DNA of 64,000 bases from Candidatus Cybelea sp. Lineage in GTDB: Bacteria > Vulcanimicrobiota > Vulcanimicrobiia > Vulcanimicrobiales > Vulcanimicrobiaceae. Every line of letters starts with the position of its first letter. Position 1 is the first letter of the stretch. Under the pieces are notes generated by a model. It had not been told where the DNA came from. It ran no database searches and saw only the letters and a program-made list of their open reading frames with translations. The position numbers were made by a program, and so were the translations under genes. The DNA lies in contig DASRSI010000009.1 of the NCBI GenBank assembly GCA_035695445.1, positions 9,974 to 73,973 of the forward strand. Reading direction: 5' to 3'. This document shows, piece after piece, positions 27,171-36,913 of the stretch.

Positions 27171-28556
27171 GTGCCGCGCTCTTTGAATTCATGGAGCCGT
27201 CGGGCTTGCAATCCCCTCTGGGTCGTCGCCGCGCTCGCGGCGAACGCATGCTCGGGCGCCCCGTCATTCGACGCGGCTCCCTTTCGACAAACTCAGGGCG
27301 ATGCGAGGTCGAAGCGCGGACCGGCGACAACCACGCCGATCAAGCACATCGTTTTCATCATTCAAGAGAACCGTTCGTTCAACAATCTTTTCATGGGGTT
27401 TCCCAACGCGACAACGGCCTCGTTCGGATACGATTCGCACGGCAATAGAGTACGGGTGCGGCCGCGCGATCTCTGGAGCAAGTGGGATCCGGGCCATAAC
27501 TCACAGGACTTTTTTCTCGCCTGCGACGGGAAGGGAAAGCTCCCCGGCACCAAGTGCACGATGGACGGATTTGAGAACGAGAAATCCGAGCCGAATGCGC
27601 CGCTGAACCTACCGTTCTCGTACGTGCCGCAGAGCGAGATCGCGCCGTATTGGACGCTTGCGCGCGACTACGTGCTCGCGGATCACATGTTTGCCTCCAA
27701 TCTCGACGGCAGCTTCATCGCCCATCAATACGGCATCGCCGCCTACGCGAGCCGCGCCGTCGATTATCCCGTTGGGACGTGGGGATGCGAAGGCGGCAAG
27801 AGCGACACGGTCACCACGCTGACGAAAGCACGCAAGATCGGCGCGTCGATCACGGCGTGCTTCAGCAATCCGACCATCGCGTCGGAGGCCGACGCCGCGG
27901 GCGTGAGCTGGCGCTTCTACGCCGATTCCATTTACGGCACCGGAGGCTTTTGGTCGGCGTATCAAGCCAACGAGCCGATCTACGATGGCCCGGACTGGAA
28001 AAACGACGTCGTCAATCCTCCGTCGCAGTTTCTTACCGATGTTGCCAAAGGCCAGCTCGCCGCGATCACCTGGATCACGCCGATCTGGGCAAACTCGGAT
28101 CACCCCGTCGGAGCAAAGGGGGGCCCGGCCTGGATCGCGAGTCTCGTCAACGCAATCGGCACGAGCAAGTTCTGGAAATCGACCGCCGTTTTCATCATGT
28201 GGGACGATTGGGGCGGCTGGTTCGATCCGGTAAAGCCGATCTATAAAGATTATGACGGCTTGGGATTTCGCGTGCCGCTCTTGATCGTCTCACCATATGC
28301 ACGCAAGGGTTCGGTAACCCACGAGCAATACGAGACGGCGAGCATCTTGCGGTTCGAAGAGGACGATTTCGGCCTCGGACAGCTCGCAAAGGCCGATGCT
28401 CGCGCGAACGACCCTGCAAACGACCCCGCGACCTTCGACTTCACGCAGAAGCCGCGCAAGTTCAAGAAAATCACCGGCTCGAAGCCGGCATCATTCTGGA
28501 TGCAGCTCGAGCGCACACCGTCGCAGCGGCCGGCCGACGACGGGCTCGGAGACTAA
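27171..28556 (+). CDS. Phosphoesterase-family lipoprotein, clade C copy C5
   Basis: GTG at 27171 (or TTG 27183) gives (M)PRSLNSWSRRACNPLWVVAALAANAC. Motifs [55 protein letters not shown]. Tail GLGD. Confidence 0.9.
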   Translation: MPRSLNSWSRRACNPLWVVAALAANACSGAPSFDAAPFRQTQGDARSKRGPATTTPIKHIVFIIQENRSFNNLFMGFPNATTASFGYDSHGNRVRVRPRDLWSKWDPGHNSQDFFLACDGKGKLPGTKCTMDGFENEKSEPNAPLNLPFSYVPQSEIAPYWTLARDYVLADHMFASNLDGSFIAHQYGIAAYASRAVDYPVGTWGCEGGKSDTVTTLTKARKIGASITACFSNPTIASEADAAGVSWRFYADSIYGTGGFWSAYQANEPIYDGPDWKNDVVNPPSQFLTDVAKGQLAAITWITPIWANSDHPVGAKGGPAWIASLVNAIGTSKFWKSTAVFIMWDDWGGWFDPVKPIYKDYDGLGFRVPLLIVSPYARKGSVTHEQYETASILRFEEDDFGLGQLAKADARANDPANDPATFDFTQKPRKFKKITGSKPASFWMQLERTPSQRPADDGLGD

Positions 28557-29894
28557 ATGAAACGCTTCCTCTCGTTAGTGGCCGCATTCGCGGCCGCCGC
28601 TTGTTCGCCGGTCGCCCCATCCATCACACCGCAGAGAGCCTTCGTGAGCAGTCCAAACACTTCAGGCAGCCCGATCAAGCACGTCGTCTTCATCGTCCAG
28701 GAGAACCGCTCGTTCAACAATCTCTTCATGGGTTTTCCGGGCGCGACGACGGCGAACTTCGGCTTCGACAACAAGGGCAACAAGATTAAGCTGCTTCCAA
28801 ACGATCTCTCGACCAAATGGGACGTCGGGCATGGGTCGGCGGCCTTCTTCGCCGCATGCGACGGCACCGGATCGGTTCCCGGAACCGACTGCAAGATGGA
28901 CGGGTGGAACCAGGAAGGCACGCTGCCGAGTGCGCCGGCGAACGCGGCATATTCGTATGTACCGAAGAGTGAGACTGCGCCCTACTGGACGATGGCGAAG
29001 CAGTACGTACTCGCCGACAACACCTTTGCGTCAAATCTCGACGGCAGCTTCGTCGCACATCAATACATCGTCGCCGCTTACGCAAAGAGCACGGTCGATT
29101 TTCCCGTCGGTCAGGTGTGGGGCTGCGCGGGCGGCAAGACCGATACGGTGGGGACGATCACCAAAAAGCGCACCTACGGAAAGTCCATTCAGGCCTGCTT
29201 TAACATCCCGACCATCGCCGCCGAGGCCGACGCGGCAAAATTGAGCTGGCGCTTTTACACGGGAGAGATCGAGGGTGACGGGGGCCTCTGGTCGTCGTAC
29301 CAAGCCGACAGACCGATCTTTAACTCGAAGGATTGGAGCACCGACGTCATCAACCCGCCCTCGCAATTTCTCACCGATGTCGGGAAGGGGAACCTGGCAG
29401 CCATCACCTGGATCACCCCGCTCGACGAGTCGTCCGACCATCCCGGCTTTAACGCATCGAAAGGGCCGGCCTGGATTGCGAGCGTCGTCGACGCGATCGG
29501 CACGAGCTCGTTCTGGGATTCGACGGCGATCTTTATTTTTTGGGACGATTGGGGCGGCATGTTCGATCCGGTGAAACCGCCATATGAGGATTACGACGGC
29601 CTGGGTCTGCGCGTGCCGCTTATCGCCATCTCGCCGTACGCGCGTCAAGGATACGTGACGCACGTACAATACGAAACGGCGAGCGTGCTGCGCTACATGG
29701 AAGACAACTTCGGGCTCGCGCCCCTGGCGGCTGCCGACACACGCGCGGCCGATCCCGCCTCCGATGTTTTCGACTACAACCAGAAGGCGCGAAAATTCCG
29801 AAAAATCTCAGGGAGCGAACCGGCAGCCTACTGGCGAGCGCTGCAACTCCAAAGAGTGCATGGGCCGCCACGGCATATCATCGGCGATGATTAG
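28557..29894 (+). CDS. Phosphoesterase-family lipoprotein, clade C copy C6
   Basis: ATG immediately follows the C5 stop (TAAATG). Lipobox FAAAAC. Motifs [57 protein letters not shown]. Tail IIGDD. Confidence 0.9.
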   Translation: MKRFLSLVAAFAAAACSPVAPSITPQRAFVSSPNTSGSPIKHVVFIVQENRSFNNLFMGFPGATTANFGFDNKGNKIKLLPNDLSTKWDVGHGSAAFFAACDGTGSVPGTDCKMDGWNQEGTLPSAPANAAYSYVPKSETAPYWTMAKQYVLADNTFASNLDGSFVAHQYIVAAYAKSTVDFPVGQVWGCAGGKTDTVGTITKKRTYGKSIQACFNIPTIAAEADAAKLSWRFYTGEIEGDGGLWSSYQADRPIFNSKDWSTDVINPPSQFLTDVGKGNLAAITWITPLDESSDHPGFNASKGPAWIASVVDAIGTSSFWDSTAIFIFWDDWGGMFDPVKPPYEDYDGLGLRVPLIAISPYARQGYVTHVQYETASVLRYMEDNFGLAPLAAADTRAADPASDVFDYNQKARKFRKISGSEPAAYWRALQLQRVHGPPRHIIGDD

Positions 29895-29930
29895 ACTCGC
29901 CGCTGCAACTGTGGCCTCGGCGACGAACGG

Positions 29931-31265
29931 CTACTCGTAGTCGGGAGCGATGTCGTCGTCGGGAAGCGGTCCCTCGAAGAATTTCGCGCCGTGCGGAGCG
30001 CCGATCGTAACGAAGGCACGCGGCTTCTGATTGAAATCAAAACAGTCTTGCGCCGGCGAGTTCGCGCGGCGATCGGCCGACGCGAGCTGATCGAGTCCAA
30101 AGAGGTCTTCGGCAAACCGTAGCACGCTCGCCGTTTCGTACTGCACGTGCGAAACGTAGTTCTGCTTTGCATAGGGTGAAATAACGAGCAGCGGCACGCG
30201 AAAACCGAGGCTATCGCGATAGTATGGGGGCGGCGGCGGCACGTGATCGTACAGACCGCCCCAATCGTCCCACATCACGAAGATCGCCGTTGAATCCCAG
30301 AATTGGCTCTTGCCGATGGTATTGACGAGCGCCGCGACCCACGATGGGCCAAAACCGTGGCCGCAGCTCACGTGGTCGGAATCGGCACAGACCGGAGTGA
30401 TCCAGGTGAAGCTTGCGAGCGTGCCGGCCTTAACGTCGGTGAGGAACTTCCAGTTGGGCGAGATCACGTACTTCCAGTCGCGGCCGTACCGGATGTGCTT
30501 GACGGCCTGATATCCCGACCACATCGTGCCCCCGCCGCTCGAGTCGCTGCCGTACGTACTGGCGTAGAAGCGCCACGAAAGCTTCGCCTTGTCGAGCTCG
30601 TCGCCCAGCGTTTGATAGTTGAAGCAGGGAGGAACGGTCGGACCGTACAGGTTGCGCTCCTTCGTGATCGTGTTGATCTTGTTGCTGGCACCTTCGCCGC
30701 AGCCCCATCGGCCGTTCGGAGTATTCACGGTCCAGGCGGCTTGCGCTGCGATCACGTACTGATGGGCGACGAAGCTCTCGTCGAGCTGCGACTGGAACAT
30801 CCGATCGGCGAGCACCCACTGATTCGCCATGTCGAAGTACGGCTTCGATTCCGATTGGGGAACGTAAACGTACTGCGGGTGTTTGGGCCCCGAGAACGAT
30901 TGCTCGAGATTGAAGCCGTCCATGCGGCAGTCGCTGCCCGGCAAACTGCCGGTTCCGTCGCACGCCGCGATCATGCCGGCGGCCGAGTGCTCGATCGTGT
31001 ACTCTCGCTTCAGCGAGACGGGTCGCAGTTGAATCGTTCTGCCGTAGATGTTCTTGCCGCTCGAGACGGTGTCGGCGCCCGGATAGCCTTGGAAGAGGTT
31101 ATCGAAGCTGCGATTCTCTTGAATGATGAAGACGACGTGCTTGATCTTACCGGCACCCGTCGAGTTGAGCAAGCGCAGCGCGTTACCGCTCGACATATAA
31201 GGCAACTCGCTCCCACCGCAAGCGGCAAGGACGAGCGTCAGGATCGCACAGAGCACTCGCTTCAT
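29931..31265 (-). CDS. Phosphoesterase-family lipoprotein, clade B copy B6
   Basis: ATG at 31265 gives [16 protein letters not shown] and overlaps the B7 stop (ATGA). Motifs [60 protein letters not shown]. Tail APDYE. Confidence 0.9.
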   Translation of the reverse strand: MKRVLCAILTLVLAACGGSELPYMSSGNALRLLNSTGAGKIKHVVFIIQENRSFDNLFQGYPGADTVSSGKNIYGRTIQLRPVSLKREYTIEHSAAGMIAACDGTGSLPGSDCRMDGFNLEQSFSGPKHPQYVYVPQSESKPYFDMANQWVLADRMFQSQLDESFVAHQYVIAAQAAWTVNTPNGRWGCGEGASNKINTITKERNLYGPTVPPCFNYQTLGDELDKAKLSWRFYASTYGSDSSGGGTMWSGYQAVKHIRYGRDWKYVISPNWKFLTDVKAGTLASFTWITPVCADSDHVSCGHGFGPSWVAALVNTIGKSQFWDSTAIFVMWDDWGGLYDHVPPPPPYYRDSLGFRVPLLVISPYAKQNYVSHVQYETASVLRFAEDLFGLDQLASADRRANSPAQDCFDFNQKPRAFVTIGAPHGAKFFEGPLPDDDIAPDYE

Positions 31266-32599
31266 TGCGTGTCGGGCATACGCGGGTCGAGCGGCTGGTT
31301 TAGAAAGAAGGCTTCGTCTTCCGGGGCTTTGATCGGCACGAACTTTCGTGGTTTCTGATTGAAATCGAAGCAATCGGCGGCGGGCGATTTTGCGCGCGCA
31401 TCGGCGCCCGTGAGCTGCGCCAAGCCGAAGAGATCCTCGGCAAAGCGCAGCACGCTCGCCGACTCATACTGCGCGTGCGAGACGTGATTCTGCCGCGCAT
31501 ACGGTGAGATCACGAGCAACGGAACCCGGAAGCCCAAGCCATCGTAACCGCGGTGCGGCGGCGGCACGTGATCGTAGAAGCCGCCCCAATCATCCCATTG
31601 CACGAAGATCGCGGTCGAGTTCCAGAACTTGCTCTCACCGACGGCATTCACAATGGCGCTTACCCACGAAGGCCCGTGCCCACCGCCGCAGACGGGATGG
31701 TCGGAGTCGGTGCAGAGCGGCGTGATCCACGTAAAGTTTGCGAGCTTGCCGGCTTTGACGTCTTTGAGAAATTGCTTTTGCGGCGTGATAACGTTCGCCC
31801 AATCGGGCCCGTAGAAGATATGCTTCACGGCCTGATAGCCCGACCAGAAGCCTTGCGGCACTTGCCCGTATTGGCTCGTATAGAAGCTCCAGCTGAGCCC
31901 CGCACTGTCGAGCTCGTCACCGAGCGTTTGGTAGTCGAAACAGGGACGCTGATGTTTGCCGAGGGTGCGCTTGCGCGTGATCGTTTCAACGTAGGTCGGC
32001 TTCTTGTCGGCACAGCCCCAGCCGGTTCCCACCGGAGAGTCGACGCTCGAGTGCGCCTGCGCGGCAATCGCGTATTGGTGGGCGACGAAGCTCTCGTCGA
32101 TCTGCGACTGAAACATCCGGTCGGCAACCACGAACTCGTGCGCCATGTCGAAATAGGGCTTCGATTCGGAGTGCGGCACGTAGGAATACTGCGCGTTTGG
32201 GGGAGCCTCGTAGATGCGCTCGCGATTGAAACCGTCCATCCGGCACTGCGTCCCCGGAAGTTTCCCCCGGCCGCGGCAATCTTCGAACATGGCGCGCGCC
32301 GAGTGATCCGTGTCGAACTCCGTCTTCAACGAGATCGGCTGCAGCGCAATCGTTTGCCCATCCGACGTTCCTCCGCTCGAGACCGTGTCGGCGCCGGGAT
32401 AGCCCTGGAAGAGATCGTCGAAGCTGCGATTCTCTTGAATCACGTAGACGACGTGCGTAATTTTTCCGCTACCGGTGCTCGCGAACATCGTGCGCGTACC
32501 GGCGAACGGCGTCGCACGCTCGGTTTGCGGGGCGGAGCAGGCCGCGAGCATGAGCGCGCCAACGAAGAAGATCGCCACACGAAACGGGTTGCGCGTCAT
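31262..32599 (-). CDS. Phosphoesterase-family lipoprotein, clade B copy B7
   Basis: [21 protein letters not shown]. Motifs [58 protein letters not shown]. Tail MPDTQ. Confidence 0.9.
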   Translation of the reverse strand: MTRNPFRVAIFFVGALMLAACSAPQTERATPFAGTRTMFASTGSGKITHVVYVIQENRSFDDLFQGYPGADTVSSGGTSDGQTIALQPISLKTEFDTDHSARAMFEDCRGRGKLPGTQCRMDGFNRERIYEAPPNAQYSYVPHSESKPYFDMAHEFVVADRMFQSQIDESFVAHQYAIAAQAHSSVDSPVGTGWGCADKKPTYVETITRKRTLGKHQRPCFDYQTLGDELDSAGLSWSFYTSQYGQVPQGFWSGYQAVKHIFYGPDWANVITPQKQFLKDVKAGKLANFTWITPLCTDSDHPVCGGGHGPSWVSAIVNAVGESKFWNSTAIFVQWDDWGGFYDHVPPPHRGYDGLGFRVPLLVISPYARQNHVSHAQYESASVLRFAEDLFGLAQLTGADARAKSPAADCFDFNQKPRKFVPIKAPEDEAFFLNQPLDPRMPDTQ

Positions 32600-32640
32600 T
32601 CATCAGAGTTGGACCGGCACCGGCAGCCTTCCCTCCGCGA

Positions 32641-32675
32641 TAAAAGAGAAGAGGCCCGGCGGTTGCCGAGCCTCT
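32641..32675 (-). terminator. Rho-independent terminator after the 32699-33256 lipoprotein gene
   Basis: On the minus strand: AGAGGCTCGGC-AACC-GCCGGGCCTCT, an 11-bp stem with one mismatch, followed by TTCTCTTTTA. Confidence 0.6.
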
Positions 32676-32698
32676 CCAACCTGTCTAAAAGACGGGAG

Positions 32699-33256
32699 CT
32701 ATGATCCGGTTCCGGCTTCGACGATGACGCCGGTCGGCTCAACGAAGGAATCGCCCTTGATCGAACCGCTCTTTACGACGGCCGTCCAGGTCGCGTCGTA
32801 TTGGGGCGTGCCCGTACCGGGGTGCACGCTGGCCTTCGTGGTGACGGTGTCATAGATGAGACCGACCTGCGTCGCCGGCGGGCCGAACTTCGATTTAACG
32901 CGTCCGTTGCAACCGGTCGGACCATCGGTCTGAGCGGCGTTGGGGGCGCAAGCCGTGGTCTTCCAGTTGACCTTACCAGCGTAGAGACCGCTGGTGCAGT
33001 TTCCGCTCGTGCTGAGGCACCAGCCGAACTCTTCGGTCGACCCCGGGGTCGTGATGTAGCAGATGTAGTACGGCGAGGTGCAAGTTTGCGGCTTGCGGGC
33101 GCCGACATTGACGAGATGGTAGCCATGGTGGGCCATCGGCGCCGAAGCGGACGAGCCGCCCGGGATCGCCGAGGAGCTTCCGGCACCGCCGGAACATGCT
33201 GCAAGCATGAGGCTAGCTGCGAGCGCAGTGCTCGCACATAGAAGGGTGAAACGCAC
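32699..33256 (-). CDS. Cys-rich hypothetical lipoprotein
   Basis: AAGGAG precedes the GTG at 33256. Lipobox LMLAAC followed by a Gly/Ser linker. The mature part has several Cys: CTSPYYICY, WCLSTSGNC, TTAC, PTGC. No family recognised. Confidence 0.55.
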   Translation of the reverse strand: MRFTLLCASTALAASLMLAACSGGAGSSSAIPGGSSASAPMAHHGYHLVNVGARKPQTCTSPYYICYITTPGSTEEFGWCLSTSGNCTSGLYAGKVNWKTTACAPNAAQTDGPTGCNGRVKSKFGPPATQVGLIYDTVTTKASVHPGTGTPQYDATWTAVVKSGSIKGDSFVEPTGVIVEAGTGS

Positions 33257-33365
33257 GTTTGGACTCCTTCAATAGCTAGGTGTTAAAGCTGCGCCCGTCT
33301 TAAAGGCGCTGCTTGGGCCGGGTTGCAATCCAGGCCGTGATTCTCCTGCTAAAAGCCGTCCCTCG

Positions 33366-34442
33366 TCACTTTTTTTTCACGACATTTGCCGCAAAGGCCC
33401 CAGCCTCCACGTCGTACTCCTGATTGAGCCCCTTGTGGAAGCTGTAGAGGTACGTGACGCTCGTCGGCTTATACGAATAGACGTCCACTTGACCGTAGGC
33501 AATGTCGCCGATCGCTAGCTCGTCACCTTTGGAGTTGAGGTTCCCATAAAAGGAATCGCCATTCAGCGGGAAGGGTCCGCCGACCACCTTGCAGCCCGGG
33601 TTACACCCGTCGTAGACCCAGATCGCGGGGGTCTCCCAGTCGACCGAGATCAGGTGACCGCCGTGGTCGCGCATGAGGCCGCCATAAAAGGCGTTCTTCC
33701 AGCCCGTTGCAGCCTGCCCCGAGCCCTTGCAGGCTTTAAAGAACGTCAAGGTCGCCTTGCTGAACGAGGGATTGTCTTCGGAGGAAATCCAGCAGTCGCC
33801 GGTCGTTTTCGCGTAGGCAACGCCGCCGCCGTAGTAGCCGATATGCGAGCTGTGCAGCACCCGCGTGCACCCGCCTTTGAGCGTGCAGACGGCGATATTT
33901 CCCACCTTCTTGCTGGCGCTCTCCTCGATGTTTCCAACCACGATCGTTCCGGTCGTGGCGTCGGCCGCAACGGCGTCGCTCGCCTGACCGTATGAATCGG
34001 TGAACTTGCCGACCAGCGTCTTGCAGGCGTGCGGGCCTTTGTAGACGCTCACCGCTGCCGGATAGCCATTCGGAACGACCAGATCGCCGAGATTGTCAAC
34101 GCTGAAACCGTTGACGAACGAGGCCGCGACATGGCAGATCGCCTTCTCGTCTTTCTTATTCGGAGAGACGTAGCCGAGCAGATCGGGACCGTCAAACTGC
34201 GCGGCGTAGAGGCCAACCATCTTCTTCTTATGCTTTTTATCGTCGTAGACGAATGGTTGCGAGGGCTCCGTGCGCAGCATGAACGGATGGATCCATGGCG
34301 GCACGACGCTGACGGGAGCGTCGGCGGAAGTTCCGGCGGATGAGGCTGCTGCGTAGAGTGCCGGCGCGAGATTGCGAGCACCACAGCCCGCGAGGAAAAG
34401 GGAAACGAGCGCTACACAGAGCGCTTTCGTATCGGGGCGCAT
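33366..34442 (-). CDS. Hypothetical lipoprotein, beta-propeller-like (paralog family with 34524-35537 and 55436-56515)
   Basis: Lipobox LFLAGC. Repeated short beta-strand and Gly-turn pattern (DNLGDLVVPNGYPAAVSVY, TTGTIVVGNIEE). No catalytic motif recognised. Confidence 0.55.
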   Translation of the reverse strand: MRPDTKALCVALVSLFLAGCGARNLAPALYAAASSAGTSADAPVSVVPPWIHPFMLRTEPSQPFVYDDKKHKKKMVGLYAAQFDGPDLLGYVSPNKKDEKAICHVAASFVNGFSVDNLGDLVVPNGYPAAVSVYKGPHACKTLVGKFTDSYGQASDAVAADATTGTIVVGNIEESASKKVGNIAVCTLKGGCTRVLHSSHIGYYGGGVAYAKTTGDCWISSEDNPSFSKATLTFFKACKGSGQAATGWKNAFYGGLMRDHGGHLISVDWETPAIWVYDGCNPGCKVVGGPFPLNGDSFYGNLNSKGDELAIGDIAYGQVDVYSYKPTSVTYLYSFHKGLNQEYDVEAGAFAANVVKKK

Positions 34443-34523
34443 GACTTCGAGTCTCCTTGCAAATTAGTAGTTCCTAGTACGGAGGACTTCCCTCTCAATG
34501 CGACTTTGGAGGGATCGATTCCT

Positions 34524-35537
34524 TCAGGACCCGCCGGCGCTGCTGACGACGGCTCCAACCGGCTGGGTGAAGCCGGTCACCCGCGCAGTAGGCCTCCCGC
34601 CGGCCGGATAGGGCCAGAGATCGGCGCTGCTCCCCTTATGGGAGCAGTTCGCGTAATCGCCCCCCGCGACGCGGGCCGCCGAAATCCACGCTTGCGCGAC
34701 GTCGCAGGCTCCGCCCAATGGCGTGGCGCCGGCGATTCGGGCGGTCTTCCCGCTGACGGTGAGGCGGTAGAGACAAGAGCTCGCGGTGTTTTTGCAACGT
34801 TGGTCGCCGAGCACGAGTTGTGTGCCGCTCCATGCAACCGTTCCCGGAAAGTAGATCGTGCCGCCGGAGAGCGTGACGAGCGCGATTGAATGCGCACCGC
34901 GCGCCAGCACGCCGAGTGAGAACGCGCTCTGGGAGCTTCGCGCGCTGACGTAAAGATTGCCCTGCGAATCGTAGGCGGCGAAATAGAACGAGACGAGATT
35001 GGTGTTTCCGTAGACGGCCGGCGTTCCACGCGCGCGCTTATAGACCAGCACGTTGGCGTTGCCGCTGAAGTTCTCAATGTTGGTCACCGCGAGATTGCCG
35101 CTCTTCGGATCGACGGCGCAACCCGCGGGATAGCCGAGCGCGTCGCTCACTCGCGCGATCTCCTTCGTTCCGCCGTGCGCGTACTCGCGTAGGTCGGTGC
35201 CCTCGCTGTTCGCAATCCAGATGTTGCCGGCTCTATCCACGCACTCGCCCTGCGGCTGGACGAATCCGGTCAGCTTTCCCGCCGGCTTGAGCGCCGGATA
35301 GGTGAAGACGCGAACGTCGAAGTTTCCCAAATCGGAGACGTAGAGCAGCGATCCCGATGCCGCGCCCGGCTCGATGAACGATGCACCGGTGTCGGGACGT
35401 CCTTCGACTACGCTCCCGGTGGTCGCTACGCTCAGGATGACACTACTATGGGAAGCGGCAGGCGGCTCGCCGTCGCACGCGGTGAGCGCGACGAACGCGG
35501 GCGCGAAGAGCGCGAACACCAAAATGCGGCGCATCAC
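34524..35537 (-). CDS. Hypothetical lipoprotein, NHL/SMP-30-like beta-propeller (REP-like element in the linker)
   Basis: GTG 35537 / ATG 35534; the ATG overlaps the A4 stop (TGATG). Lipobox VALTAC. Repeats of the type GNIWIANSEG, GNLAVTNIEN, GNLYVSARS. Confidence 0.6.
   Translation of the reverse strand: MMRRILVFALFAPAFVALTACDGEPPAASHSSVILSVATTGSVVEGRPDTGASFIEPGAASGSLLYVSDLGNFDVRVFTYPALKPAGKLTGFVQPQGECVDRAGNIWIANSEGTDLREYAHGGTKEIARVSDALGYPAGCAVDPKSGNLAVTNIENFSGNANVLVYKRARGTPAVYGNTNLVSFYFAAYDSQGNLYVSARSSQSAFSLGVLARGAHSIALVTLSGGTIYFPGTVAWSGTQLVLGDQRCKNTASSCLYRLTVSGKTARIAGATPLGGACDVAQAWISAARVAGGDYANCSHKGSSADLWPYPAGGRPTARVTGFTQPVGAVVSSAGGS
35400..35442. repeat. REP/MITE-like element, copy e (inside the lipoprotein linker)
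   Basis: TCCTTCGACTACGCTCCCGGTGGTCGCTACGCTCAGGATGACA. Read on the minus strand as SSVILSVATTGSVVEG. Confidence 0.7.
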
Positions 35538-36913
35538 ATATCCGTGTCAACGGGCAAGTACGATGGCTTCGCGTGTAAGAAGTGCGCGCGCGAGTACTTC
35601 GCCTTGATCGGCTGGAAGAGGATCGGCTTTTGCGAGTAATTGAAGCAGTCGGCGATGCTCGTCGCGCGGCTATCGGTACGCTTGAGCGACTTGAGACCAA
35701 AATTTTCCTCGATGTATTTCAGAACGCTGCCAAACTCGTACTGCGTCGTCGAAATGGTCCCGGCTTTTGCGTAGGGCGAGACGATGATGGCTGGAACGCG
35801 GAAGCCGAGGCCGCCATATCCCTTCTGCGGCGGTGCGTCGTTATCGTATAAGCCGCCCCAATCGTCCCAAAGAATGACGATCGCCGTCGAGTTCCAGTAC
35901 GAGCTCTCGCCGATTGCGTTCACCACGCTCGCTACCCACGACGGACCGGTGTCGGAGCTCGTTCCCGGATGATCGGAATCGTTCTCATCGGGAATCACCC
36001 ACGAAACCTCTTGGAGGTGCCCGGTGAGATCGCTGAAGATCTTTTTCTGCGAGACGATGTGGCCGTCGCTCCACTCCGAGCCTTCGCGCACGGCTTTGAT
36101 GGCGTCGAACGCGTCGAGCAGCTTCCCGTTTGTCGAACAGCACTCCGGGGGAACGTAATAACGCCACGTGACGCCCTTGGCGTCGAGCCGGTCGCGCAGT
36201 GTCGGATAGGTGAGGCACGGATACGGGCCTTGAGCCGGCTGAAAGACGTTATCTTTCGTGATCAGCGACGTGCGCGTGCCCTTCGGCGCGTCGCAGCCCC
36301 AGGGCGGCGCACTCGGCAGATCGATAAGTGCCTCGTTCGGCGAGATCACGGTGTCGCCGGCAATCAGATCCTGGTGCGCGGTGAAACTGCTGCTCCCTTG
36401 CGTCGGAAACATGTGCTCGGCGAGCACGTATTGTTTCGCCATCTGCCAGTAGGGCCGAATGTCGGACGGTTTGGTGTACTGATAGGGAAAGGTGCATTCG
36501 GGAGTGGAGTGGTCTCCGAAGATGATCAAATCGAATCCGTCCATGGAACCGCCGTCGCGAGCCTTGTTGTAGCCCTCGTAGGCATGGATCAGATCGTGCG
36601 GCGACCCTTTGTAGAGTGTGATGAGCCCGCTCTCTTTGAGTTTGATCGTCGATTTGGTCTTGATCTTGCAGGCCGGATTGGGCAGTACGACGCCGGTGGT
36701 CGACCCGTCGGCGCCGGGAAAGGTAGCGAAGAAGTCGTTGAACGTGCGGTTCTCTTGAATGATGACGACCACGTGCTCGATTGGGGAGGTGGCGTTTCTG
36801 CGCGTTAGGGCGCTCTGTGACGCTCCACTGGTTCGGAGACTCGGCGTGACGCTGTTGGCGTTGCACCCGGCCACGAGGACGAGTGCGAACGCGGCGAGCC
36901 TAGCCCTCGGCAA
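35534..36913 (-). CDS. Phosphoesterase-family lipoprotein, clade A copy A4
   Basis: TTG at 36913 overlaps the end of the MBL gene by 14 nt. Lipobox LVLVAGC. Motifs [51 protein letters not shown] and GLGFRVP. Tail PVDTDM. Confidence 0.9.
   Translation of the reverse strand: MPRARLAAFALVLVAGCNANSVTPSLRTSGASQSALTRRNATSPIEHVVVIIQENRTFNDFFATFPGADGSTTGVVLPNPACKIKTKSTIKLKESGLITLYKGSPHDLIHAYEGYNKARDGGSMDGFDLIIFGDHSTPECTFPYQYTKPSDIRPYWQMAKQYVLAEHMFPTQGSSSFTAHQDLIAGDTVISPNEALIDLPSAPPWGCDAPKGTRTSLITKDNVFQPAQGPYPCLTYPTLRDRLDAKGVTWRYYVPPECCSTNGKLLDAFDAIKAVREGSEWSDGHIVSQKKIFSDLTGHLQEVSWVIPDENDSDHPGTSSDTGPSWVASVVNAIGESSYWNSTAIVILWDDWGGLYDNDAPPQKGYGGLGFRVPAIIVSPYAKAGTISTTQYEFGSVLKYIEENFGLKSLKRTDSRATSIADCFNYSQKPILFQPIKAKYSRAHFLHAKPSYLPVDTDM

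Noticed and set aside
29895-29930. Possible bidirectional terminator between convergent C6 and B6 (TCGCCG ... CGGCGA).
   Set aside because: It has a 6-bp stem with a loop of about 20 nt and no U-tract, which is not convincing.
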